Of a DNA stretch of 63,438 bases, positions 32,011 through 41,455 are shown in pieces. The stretch is taken from the IMG/VR virus record IMGVR_UViG_3300046170_000254, positions 1-63,438 of that record; one strand, 5' to 3'. Source of the DNA: a virus (lineage: Duplodnaviria; Caudoviricetes). The notes under the pieces are model-generated. The model did no database searches and had not been told where the DNA came from. It saw only the letters and a program-made list of their open reading frames with translations. How positions within the stretch are numbered: the stretch's first letter is position 1; each line of letters begins with the position of its first letter. A program made the position numbers and the translations under genes.

Positions 32011-33010
32011 TTAACAACTTGAACTCAATGTTATTGTCCCACTATTAGGGCTCATTGAAACCGTTCCTTCTTGCGCGCATGATGTTTGGGCTGCATCTCC
32101 ATTAGGAATTGTTACGGATCCAGACCCTCCATTACAGGTAGTCCATGTAAATGTTACACTGTCTCCACCGTCTGCTGCTATATCATATATATAACAATTT
32201 ACTACTGGTGGGGTTGGTGCTGGGGGTGTAGGAGTCGGATGGGGTTGGCACCGGAGGCGTTGGAGTCGGAGGCGTTGGCACTGGAGGTGTCGGTGTTGGG
32301 GGTGTGGGAGGCGGTGGCCCGGTACAACCTGTTACAGATACAATAAAATCAGTAGCTGCTTCACAACAGCTTGTATTTGAATTATAACCAATCGCTCTTA
32401 CTATAACATTACCACAATTATTGTTACTATTTGAAGTGTACGTTAATGTTGTTCCGCTTAAACTAACTGTAACAAGTGAAGTATCAAAACTAAACGGTAA
32501 CCAGTTATCTACGTTAGATCCACTCAAGCTCACTGTTCCCGAGTTGCCACCTACGGCAATTGATTGATTTCCTATTGGATTAACTGTAACACCACAATCA
32601 GTACAAGGCGTAGGAGTTGGAGGAGGTGGGGGTCCCGTCGGTGGTGGTGGAGTTGGTGGAGGTGGTGGATTAATACCCGTCGCAGTTGTTGTGCAGTCTA
32701 TAATACTCCCTGCATTGAGATATCCGTCGGGAGCTAATATACCCACTGTATAAGTATTGCTACCAGATTGATATGTAGTTGGACTTATTGAATCAACAGT
32801 TCCTTTTGTCAATGTAGCGCTTACGGTATCTCCGGTAGTTCCATCAGCAATACTTAAACCAGTATAAGAACATTCAAATGTAGCCTCAACAGATAATTCA
32901 AAAGCGCAGTCAGTAACATTTATTAATGCTGGCTTTTCTGTAAAAGTTGACACATATTGTTTACTATATATATCGTATGTACCTACTATTTTATCTGCTT
33001 TTATACTCAT
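32011..33010 (-). CDS. Cys-rich, poly-Pro virion appendage protein; frameshift near 32240
   Basis: PPPPPTPPPPTGPPPPPTPTP and (PTPPx)n tracts; continues ...VVNCYIYD...SSSC* in another frame. Confidence 0.75.
32206..32320 (-). repeat. Degenerate 15-nt tandem repeat encoding PTPP(T/V/A)
   Basis: ggaggcgttggagtc ggaggcgttggcact ggaggtgtcggtgtt on the + strand. Confidence 0.8.
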
Positions 33011-33023
33011 TGTAATTAGTTAC

Positions 33024-36000
33024 TTAATTAGTAAAACTGGTTATGTTGCCTAAACCTTGTATAGAAAACTCTTTAGTATCAAGATTATTATCGGTGTTTG
33101 CAATACCTTTTATGTTGTTAAACCACTTTCCTTCTTTGTTTATAAAGGTAGTTACTTTTCCAGACTGTTGGTCTGTTTCAATAGACTCCGCTATCCATCC
33201 AGAAGTTCCTTCGTAATTTATTGTTTTAAAACTTTTTACAGTTGATGGGTCTTGGTTATAATTGAAATTTACAGTAGAATTATTTTGAGTGCCGTAAAAA
33301 TTATTATAAGAACTTGCGTTACTGTAATGTTTATATAATTCACCGTTTTTCATTGTATAATAACATCCGTTAATATATGTACCTGATTCAGGAACAAAAC
33401 TTAATCTAGATGTCCATCCGTCAATACCTTCTTTGAAAGAAATAGATTCTTCTTCAGTAAGCTCATTAAATTTATCTCTAAAAAAATCTGCCATACCATA
33501 ATTAGAAATAACTGTTAAACCATCAGCTGATAACCTTAATACTGCATTTCTAGCTTTGTCTGTAAAATATACTCGGTATCCATATTCAGCAAAAGATTCG
33601 GGATTTGTAGATATACCGTATTCTCCGCTAAATGTTATTGCTGTATCCAAAACATTGGTTGTAGCAGTTAAATTTATATTTCCATCAGCATTAAAAAGAG
33701 CATCTTTATTAGATAATATTTTTAATATTTTATCTTCGCATAAAGCAATTAAATCCGTATTCCTAGAATGTAATTTTTGTATGCTACCATATTCAGAGTT
33801 AAGATCTTTTGTAATAGCCTCTCCCGTATTAAACTGGTTTATATCATTAACACCATTTCTGGAATTGAACAAGCCACTAGAAAATATAAGACCGTACTTA
33901 TTATGTTTTTGTTTATAACCATTTTCAACAGTAGTAGAAACTCTTACTTGGTTATCTATAGTTGCTTCGTTAAAGTCATCTCTTATTCTATCTGATTCAA
34001 CACCATTTCCAAAATCAAAACAATTAAACCATTTTAATGTTTTAGTTTGGTTATATTCATGGATGTCATAAGAGTCTTCTGTTTCGTAATATACGTCAAG
34101 AAGATTATCAGAGGGAATTGTTTCAAAAACAGCATTGCTCCATGTTCCTGTATACGCAGCAGTTAAGTTTGTTGCCGTTGCTATTCCACTTGTGTCTTTT
34201 TTAATCTTTATAAAAAAGTAACCATTTAAAGTTTCAGAAGAAGTGATGTTATCTGGTTTACTATTTGAAATATCCTGTACTTTATATTTTAATGAAGGGT
34301 CTGATAAAGGAGCGGTTGTATCTGCTTTTTTCTTTAAAATTATATAGTCTTCTTCTTGTATTTTATTTATTTCATAGCTAGGTATAGCTACCCATAAAAA
34401 ATTAGCATTTTCATCATCATCAAAAGCTTTGTATACAATAACATTGTAGTATTCTTTAGATTGTTCTTTAATGTAATATTTAAATTTTCTTATTCTATTA
34501 TTAAAAAAAACTTCTGATGGTAAATTACTTAATGATACTTTGAATTCATTTCCGCTGGGTCTAGATGGAGTAGCGGTAAGAAATCTAACTTGATCGTAAT
34601 CAATTTTTATTTCACCTGAATCATTAGAAACAATAGGTGTTTGTCTGCCATATTCATCTTCAAAAATAACACCAAATTGATACGTTCTACCTGTTTTTAT
34701 AGATTTTGAAAGATGATTAGTTCTGCGCTCAGTAGAAATATTAAATGTTGGATTATATTGTATATAATTACCATTGCGATCATTAGTTATATCTAATCCA
34801 TCTTTATAGTTTCCAAATATAACTCTATTAGCACTTATTTCTTGCCCTTTTGCTCTATAAGGTACATTATCGTACTGCCTAAATAACTGATTGTTAGGTA
34901 AAACAGAGTATATACTTTCACTGTTTATTTTAATTTTACCAATTCCAGTAGCATAATTTTCAAACTCTTCTTTTCTTAATGTTTTATAAACATATAAATT
35001 AGTATTATTTGATTCTTTGTATACTATGTCTATAGAATATAAATCCGCAGGCTTTGTATCAATACCTATAAGCTCTATAGCACGAATAGTGTTTTCCATA
35101 GAAGTATTATAGCCTTGCTCGGAATCATATACAAAAGCACCAAATGGTTCAAAAATAGGTGGAGTGAATGGAGAAATAACTGATACTTGGTTATTTTTAA
35201 AACGCCATCTGTAAGCAAATCTTACAAACTTATCGTTGAATAATATATCACCCTTTTTTATTGTACCAGTAAAAGATATAGGAGGGTAACCATCTGATAA
35301 AATATATTCAGCCGTAACAGTCAGGCCACTTATAGAAACAAATTTAAATTTTTTTGCTCCTGTATCAAATCCTGCTGCAACAAAAAACTCTTCCCCGGCT
35401 TTAAGATTAGGGTCAACAGAAACGGTCATTGTAGTTGAGTCCCCAGGATTTAAACCTGTTACATTTATAGACGCAGTAATATCTACTCCCGACGATTGCA
35501 CTGCAAAACCGTAAGTACTTATTGAAACAAAAGGAGCTGAAGCTGGTTTCTTTCGTATAAGAGTTATGTCTGATTCTACTATAGGTCTGTCTGCCGCAAT
35601 AAAATCATCATATATATTTGTTGTAGTAGTAAAATTAATTGATTTAGATTTAAATAACTCAATATCAATGTTTTTTGGTTCAGAATTATTATCTGTCCAT
35701 AATAAATAACCTTCTACAACGTTTATAGCTGTTATTTGCGTGTTTGAAAAATTTGTTATAAGTTTGGTAGTATCAACTAAAACAGGAGAAACTACTCCGG
35801 TAACAACGTCATATTCCGCTATGGCATCAATTGTTGTCCCGTAGATAAACCAATATAATTTATCATTTTGTGTATCAGAAATACTTCCAATACAAGTTGC
35901 GCCTGGTATATTGATATTACTTATTTTAGCATTACCCAATATATTGTGTATGCTTCCAGCATCTCCATTTTCGGCAACACCCACCTGAATATTTAAAGCA

Positions 36001-36086
36001 TCTTTGTACTCGCCTGCTGGCAATACTCGCTCATCCGCGTCTTTATTCATTTTCCCCTTAAGGAAGTTTGCTTTAATTTCCGGCAT
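33024..36086 (-). CDS. Tail nozzle/stabilisation protein (tail tubular B-like)
   Basis: FLKGKMNKD.DER..P.GEY.DALN, FAYRW, NGVES.RIRDDFN, YGSIQKL, YGISTNPES, NKEGKWFN. Confidence 0.8.
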   Translation of the reverse strand: MPEIKANFLKGKMNKDADERVLPAGEYKDALNIQVGVAENGDAGSIHNILGNAKISNINIPGATCIGSISDTQNDKLYWFIYGTTIDAIAEYDVVTGVVSPVLVDTTKLITNFSNTQITAINVVEGYLLWTDNNSEPKNIDIELFKSKSINFTTTTNIYDDFIAADRPIVESDITLIRKKPASAPFVSISTYGFAVQSSGVDITASINVTGLNPGDSTTMTVSVDPNLKAGEEFFVAAGFDTGAKKFKFVSISGLTVTAEYILSDGYPPISFTGTIKKGDILFNDKFVRFAYRWRFKNNQVSVISPFTPPIFEPFGAFVYDSEQGYNTSMENTIRAIELIGIDTKPADLYSIDIVYKESNNTNLYVYKTLRKEEFENYATGIGKIKINSESIYSVLPNNQLFRQYDNVPYRAKGQEISANRVIFGNYKDGLDITNDRNGNYIQYNPTFNISTERRTNHLSKSIKTGRTYQFGVIFEDEYGRQTPIVSNDSGEIKIDYDQVRFLTATPSRPSGNEFKVSLSNLPSEVFFNNRIRKFKYYIKEQSKEYYNVIVYKAFDDDENANFLWVAIPSYEINKIQEEDYIILKKKADTTAPLSDPSLKYKVQDISNSKPDNITSSETLNGYFFIKIKKDTSGIATATNLTAAYTGTWSNAVFETIPSDNLLDVYYETEDSYDIHEYNQTKTLKWFNCFDFGNGVESDRIRDDFNEATIDNQVRVSTTVENGYKQKHNKYGLIFSSGLFNSRNGVNDINQFNTGEAITKDLNSEYGSIQKLHSRNTDLIALCEDKILKILSNKDALFNADGNINLTATTNVLDTAITFSGEYGISTNPESFAEYGYRVYFTDKARNAVLRLSADGLTVISNYGMADFFRDKFNELTEEESISFKEGIDGWTSRLSFVPESGTYINGCYYTMKNGELYKHYSNASSYNNFYGTQNNSTVNFNYNQDPSTVKSFKTINYEGTSGWIAESIETDQQSGKVTTFINKEGKWFNNIKGIANTDNNLDTKEFSIQGLGNITSFTN

Positions 36087-36090
36087 GTAC

Positions 36091-37179
36091 TTAGTGTTTT
36101 ATTTGCTTACTCTTACCACGCATAACTTGCGTCATCTCTAAAGATTTAATATTAGAAAGTCTTAGCTTAGCATTTCTCATAGCAGCTCTTCTTTCTCTTT
36201 TAAATCTATTCACTATATATTCGGGCATATTTGCTTTTGATGCAATTACAGCATGAGACACATACTTATATATTGCTTCTTCAGCTAGTTTATGAATTTT
36301 CATTTCAGAATCTGTACCCAAACCATCTGAAATATATTTTATAGTAATTATTTTACCAGATAAATTGCTACTAAAACCAAATTGTCCGTTTAATTCATCT
36401 ATAACAAAAACCCCGTTAACTTGAGTTGTTTCTGGATTACTTCCGTATCTTCTACCTAAACCAAATATATTATCATTATTGTCTACGCCATTATCTAAAC
36501 CTAAACTATCATTAGTTTCTAAACCTTTAAAGTTTTCAGTTGTTAACGATGTACCTGTTAATACACTTTCGTCATTATCAAATAAGTAATTAGCTTGATC
36601 ATCCTGTAGTATGGCTTCAGAAGGTCTTGAAGTACTTGTGCTGGGATATAATATTCTTTCTAATCCATTTGCATCTGTCCAAGATAACTGCACATAATTA
36701 ACATAATCTTGTGCAAAAGGAATAGTTAATGAGGCTCCCACTTCTACCTCTTGTATTTTTTCAACTCTTGATATATCGTAACTAAATTCTTGAATAGCTC
36801 TTTTAGTATGAAATATAACATCTAATTTTCTAGCAGTTCCAATAATTTTATCATCTCCTACGTAAGAGACCATAAAGTTGTTTACTATGTCTTCTAAGGA
36901 TATATATCTGTAACTACCATGTCTTTGATCTTTTAACTTTACCTCAATTACAGAGTTATTGTTTGGAGGTGTTGATGGTGCAAAATCAATAATACCTGTT
37001 GTATTATCATAGTTATAGTTATCGTCATCTATTTCTTGAGCATCGATAAATACAATAAACTTTGACTTTGCTGTTGGTAGTGGATTAAAAGTTAAAGTAA
37101 ACGTAGATAAACTTCCAGTCCCTGTAAACTTTTCAGTTACGGTATAATATTGTTTTGCTGTTTGCGTTATTAATCCCAT
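36091..37179 (-). CDS. Tail ring/adaptor protein with an inserted beta-repeat module
   Basis: YRYISL.DIVNNF...RAIQEFSYD...AKLRLS...RGKSKQIKH; position. Confidence 0.7.
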   Translation of the reverse strand: MGLITQTAKQYYTVTEKFTGTGSLSTFTLTFNPLPTAKSKFIVFIDAQEIDDDNYNYDNTTGIIDFAPSTPPNNNSVIEVKLKDQRHGSYRYISLEDIVNNFMVSYVGDDKIIGTARKLDVIFHTKRAIQEFSYDISRVEKIQEVEVGASLTIPFAQDYVNYVQLSWTDANGLERILYPSTSTSRPSEAILQDDQANYLFDNDESVLTGTSLTTENFKGLETNDSLGLDNGVDNNDNIFGLGRRYGSNPETTQVNGVFVIDELNGQFGFSSNLSGKIITIKYISDGLGTDSEMKIHKLAEEAIYKYVSHAVIASKANMPEYIVNRFKRERRAAMRNAKLRLSNIKSLEMTQVMRGKSKQIKH

Positions 37180-37182
37180 TTA

Positions 37183-37882
37183 CTATGACTTTTCTTGAGT
37201 TATTTTTTTATTTTCTTTTCCATCAGCGACCTGTACGATAGCACTGTCTTTAATGTTTAATCCCGCATAAGAAAGTATTTTTAATAATAAAGTTGTTTCT
37301 TCTGACTCATGCAATTCAAAATTAACTGATGTACTAGCATTATATAATGCATTTCCTCCTACGGTTGTATAACCCCAGTTAGGGTGGTATAGGCTTTCTT
37401 ATATATGTGCATGATACATTAGAAGTAATACTTGTTGGGTGAATTTTTAAAGACCAATCGCTTGCTGCGTTTGCTGTATTTTGAATATATACAGGTGAAG
37501 TAATTGTAGGCTGTGTTAATTTAGATAACTGATATTCAAGTAGTTGCTTTTTATCTACTTTTTCTACTTCAACGTTATCGTAAATAACTGTACCTAATTT
37601 ATGTAAATTTGTAGGAAAATTAAAATGGTCTGTTGAATAAGTTAAATTTCCTTCTGTTTTAAATTTACTTAATTTTTCATCAACTATTTTGTATAGGTTA
37701 GCGTATTCAGTATTATTGTCTTTTAATCTCATGTATTGACTAAGATCAAAAATATACTGCTCAAATATTTCTAGTTGAGATTGATTTGAAAATAAATTAA
37801 ATTCTTGTGGCGTAATATACCCTCTATTTTCTTTATTAACAATCGATAATACTTTTTGGTAAACTGTATCTACGCTAATCAT
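37183..37882 (-). CDS. Head-tail adaptor (tail tubular A-like); frameshift near 37383
   Basis: VDTVYQKVL...NKE.RGYITPQEFN; continues WGY...FELHESE in another frame. Confidence 0.7.
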
Positions 37883-37948
37883 ATTTGTTTTTATTATTTA
37901 TAGTAATTAAGCCACCCCTGAAGATGGCCTAACCACTACAAGGAGTAA

Positions 37949-38695
37949 CTATTTAAGTTTCTTTTCTACTGACTTATATACTTCTACACCTTCATCTGTT
38001 TTAAAGAATGCTGCTAAAGCAGAATAAGGATTTTCTTCAAATGGTACAGTAATTAATTTTTTACCAGTACTAGCCCATTTAAAAGTACGTTGGTCATTTG
38101 ATAAAGAGATAATATTTGCTTCAACAGCTCTAATACCTTTATTTCTAATATTGATATTTTCGTCATTAGCTAACTCTAGGAACAACACAGGCTCGTTCTT
38201 AGCAAATAGTAATAAATCTCTTTTAAGCTCCTTAGAAGTCATCTTAGACACACTAGAGCCAATCTCAGTACGTAAAATAGCTTCAGCATTGTCAATATCT
38301 AAAGAAGCGGCAGTATTTAATGCTTCAATTTCAAGTTCTAAAATATCAAGATCATCTTCTGCTACCGATAGCGGATCAAATTCTTGGTATATTTTATTTC
38401 TATCAGGATGGTATAATGATAATAATTTTTGTAATGATTGCTTTTCTTTAGGTACTGTTATTGTTCCATCCTCAAAAACAATATGTCCTAATCTAGCATT
38501 ACCCGCAAATTCATCAACAAACGGTGTTTTTTGGTTAATAGCATACTTAAGTTCTCTTTCTTCTGCTTTTTGTTCATCAAAAAAGAATATGCCTTTACTT
38601 TTAATAGTATATGTTAATGGTGATTTTCCACCCTTTAAAAAATACGTTCTGTCTTTTAACTCCCATTTAGAAGTTTCTGTTTTAGCTTTTGCCAT
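37949..38695 (-). CDS. Conserved protein downstream of the major capsid gene
   Basis: 248-aa ORF; position. Confidence 0.65.
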   Translation of the reverse strand: MAKAKTETSKWELKDRTYFLKGGKSPLTYTIKSKGIFFFDEQKAEERELKYAINQKTPFVDEFAGNARLGHIVFEDGTITVPKEKQSLQKLLSLYHPDRNKIYQEFDPLSVAEDDLDILELEIEALNTAASLDIDNAEAILRTEIGSSVSKMTSKELKRDLLLFAKNEPVLFLELANDENINIRNKGIRAVEANIISLSNDQRTFKWASTGKKLITVPFEENPYSALAAFFKTDEGVEVYKSVEKKLK

Positions 38696-38718
38696 AATAT
38701 AATAAGATTAAATAATTA

Positions 38719-38762
38719 AAAAAAAATAAGAGTTACCCCCGGAGTTAACCAGGGGCAATCTT
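38719..38762 (-). terminator. Intrinsic terminator after the major capsid gene
   Basis: GC stem (GTTACCCC...GGGGCAAT) with an A run on + (U tail on -). Confidence 0.65.
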
Positions 38763-38774
38763 AAATATGAACTA

Positions 38775-40151
38775 TTAGTTCAACAACATAAAGTTGTTCG
38801 CACCTTGCACTACTAAACATCTTTCAGATAGATAGTGTACTTCCATTGCATCTAAATCAGATGTGAAAGCTCCACCTACTGAACCAGTTGTCCAAGACTT
38901 CATTTTTCGATCATCAGCTTCAGAAGCTCTGTATCGTACGTGTAAGAATGGACGCTTGATGTTTTTACCTAGCGTTTGGTCATAAATTGTAGAAGTACCT
39001 GCAGGAACTAATACTCCACGGATGTCAGTAATCAATCCACGAGTAGAAGCATCATTTAGATATTTCCAGTCTGTTTTATAGAAATCGTAAGATCCTCTAC
39101 GGAATCCGCTAAATCCTAGGTTAAGTGCCATATCTTCGCTGTTTGAGAAAACACCGTAAGAAGTACCACCTGATCCGTAAGAATTTTGAGCAGCTAGCAT
39201 ATCATCAATATTTAATGATACAGCGCGATTTAAGAAAAGCATGTTCTCTTCAATAGCACCTTGCTTGTCAAGTTTCTTTAAGATTTCATCAAAATCAGCT
39301 AAGTCTTCAGTTGCGTCGTTACCATCAACTCCAGCAGTCACATGACCTCTGTCTTCGATAGCAGCAAACAAACCTTCAGTACCTTTAACACCTGATAGTG
39401 CAGCTCCAGATCCAGCGATAGCGTTCTCACCTTCAACAACTCCCATTTCTAGGTAGTCCTCAAAACGAGTACGTGTATCTCCTTCAGCTTTTAGATACCA
39501 TAGGTAACCAGACTGTCCTGCTTCTCCAGTAATTTCAACCCATCCAATTTGAGATGCATCAGATCCTGATACTTCATATTTATCTTTAAAGATAATTGGT
39601 TGGTTTGTAAAAGATTGGAATTCAGGAGTAACAGCTTCATTCATTCCAGCAGTTCCTTTAGAAAACTCAGATCCATAAACGAAAAGTGTTACACTTCCGT
39701 CTGAAAAATCTGAATCAGTACTAAATAACTCTTTGTCATATCTTTTAGCTGTAATCTCGTCAGCTGCAACTGCAGACACATAAGCTTTTACAGTAGTAGT
39801 TCCGTCAGAAACAACAATTGTTTGGCCTACACGTACTGCATGTCCAGTTACTGCGATAGCACCTGAAGCAGCTGTAAGAGTACCAGTATAAGATAAATGT
39901 AGTCTTCCTTGCTCAGACCATACGACCTGATCAGAAGTCATTGGCATTTCAGCACCTACCATACGTAAGAAAGAAGAAACTGAACGATCACCATATCGCT
40001 CTACTTCTGCTTCATACAATTCGGGTAGATATTGCTGAGACCAATCGTTCGCACCACCTGTAAAAGAAAGGTAGTTTGAAGATAATGTTTGTTTTGAAGG
40101 TGCAGGTACCGCATTTAGGTTTGCGCCTCCAGTTGGAGTAATAATTGCCAT
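38775..40151 (-). CDS. Major capsid protein
   Basis: 458 aa after the scaffold gene and followed by a terminator; QQYLP, WSEQGRLH, GTEGLF, GFRRGSYDF. Confidence 0.88.
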   Translation of the reverse strand: MAIITPTGGANLNAVPAPSKQTLSSNYLSFTGGANDWSQQYLPELYEAEVERYGDRSVSSFLRMVGAEMPMTSDQVVWSEQGRLHLSYTGTLTAASGAIAVTGHAVRVGQTIVVSDGTTTVKAYVSAVAADEITAKRYDKELFSTDSDFSDGSVTLFVYGSEFSKGTAGMNEAVTPEFQSFTNQPIIFKDKYEVSGSDASQIGWVEITGEAGQSGYLWYLKAEGDTRTRFEDYLEMGVVEGENAIAGSGAALSGVKGTEGLFAAIEDRGHVTAGVDGNDATEDLADFDEILKKLDKQGAIEENMLFLNRAVSLNIDDMLAAQNSYGSGGTSYGVFSNSEDMALNLGFSGFRRGSYDFYKTDWKYLNDASTRGLITDIRGVLVPAGTSTIYDQTLGKNIKRPFLHVRYRASEADDRKMKSWTTGSVGGAFTSDLDAMEVHYLSERCLVVQGANNFMLLN

Positions 40152-40173
40152 TGTAATTATTTGTTTTTAAAGT

Positions 40174-41424
40174 TTATTTTCTAAGTTTAATTTTTAGCTT
40201 AGAACTGTCTTCTCCTGATATTGCTCTTACTTTAATACCACCTGCTTCAATAACTTCACTTTTCCTAGGGTCCATGTTTATATTCTTAGACTCTGATTGT
40301 AGTTGTGTTATTGCATCAGCTTTACCTTGTTGGTAAAAATGGTTTGCTAAAGCATCAGCATTCTGTGCAGCAAATAAAGCCTTGTGATAACCTTTAGCGT
40401 CAGAAAGCATGTTATTATTATCTAAAAACTTACTTACTACATTAGTTAAATCACTTTGAACTTCTTTTACTTTTTGAACATCATTTACTTTGTATCTAAA
40501 CTTTGAGTCTCCTACTTTAAAATCAAAACCTTTGAATTCTTCGTTAAAGACACTATTAGTTACATTTTTAAAATGCTCATGCTGTTTTTGTTGCACAGCC
40601 TCAGTTTCAGATTGCTCCTTACTGTATCGATTGAAAAAGTCAATAGCTTTTTGCTGATCAGGATTTAACTTAGAACTCAACTTGACCTCTTCGTAATACT
40701 TACCCTTTAAATCTTCTAAAAAGTTTTTTGCTTTTGCAATTTCTTCTTTATAAGCTAACTTTTTTCTTTTAATATCTCTTTCTTCATCAATTTCTTCATC
40801 AAAAGAAAATGAATCATCAATTAAAAAATCAATTTCACTTTTATCTAAGTGAGATTTAGTTTGCTTGTAGTATTCGTATAATAAAGCTGAATCATCAACA
40901 TTACTATAATCAGCATTTAACCTTACGTAATCTTCAAGACTACCACCGGTTTCTTGCATAAATTCAACTACCTTTTGTATATTTTCTGGTAGTTCAATAT
41001 TGTTTTCTTTAGCTTCCTGAATAATCTCTTGTTTTTCAGGCTCGGCTAATTTTTGCTCAGGCTCTTCAGTATCTTCAGTATCTTCTATTCTTTCTAATAC
41101 TACCTCAGCTTCTTCTTTGTTTTCTTCTTCCACTCCTTGCACTTCCACTTGGGTGTCTTGCCCGCTTTCTTCGCTTTGCTCGCTGCTGCGTAACACGCTT
41201 TCATCTGTGCTTTGTTCTTGAATGGCATCTTCTTCTGTTTTAGGTTTTTCTCTTAAATCTACCTTATAAGTATCATCTTCTTTTTTAGAAGGTTTACTTA
41301 GGTCTACTTTATAAGTTTCTTCACTTTCTTTAGTATTAACTCCAGAAGATTCTAAAACTTTTTCTTCTTTTTGCGCACTAGACAATTCTTCGTCTTGTAC
41401 GACTTTGGCTGTTTGCTCTGACAT
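40174..41424 (-). CDS. Scaffolding protein
   Basis: Highly acidic and helical; between portal and capsid genes. Confidence 0.75.
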   Translation of the reverse strand: MSEQTAKVVQDEELSSAQKEEKVLESSGVNTKESEETYKVDLSKPSKKEDDTYKVDLREKPKTEEDAIQEQSTDESVLRSSEQSEESGQDTQVEVQGVEEENKEEAEVVLERIEDTEDTEEPEQKLAEPEKQEIIQEAKENNIELPENIQKVVEFMQETGGSLEDYVRLNADYSNVDDSALLYEYYKQTKSHLDKSEIDFLIDDSFSFDEEIDEERDIKRKKLAYKEEIAKAKNFLEDLKGKYYEEVKLSSKLNPDQQKAIDFFNRYSKEQSETEAVQQKQHEHFKNVTNSVFNEEFKGFDFKVGDSKFRYKVNDVQKVKEVQSDLTNVVSKFLDNNNMLSDAKGYHKALFAAQNADALANHFYQQGKADAITQLQSESKNINMDPRKSEVIEAGGIKVRAISGEDSSKLKIKLRK

Positions 41425-41455
41425 GATATAATATTATAAAATTAATAGCAGCTTT

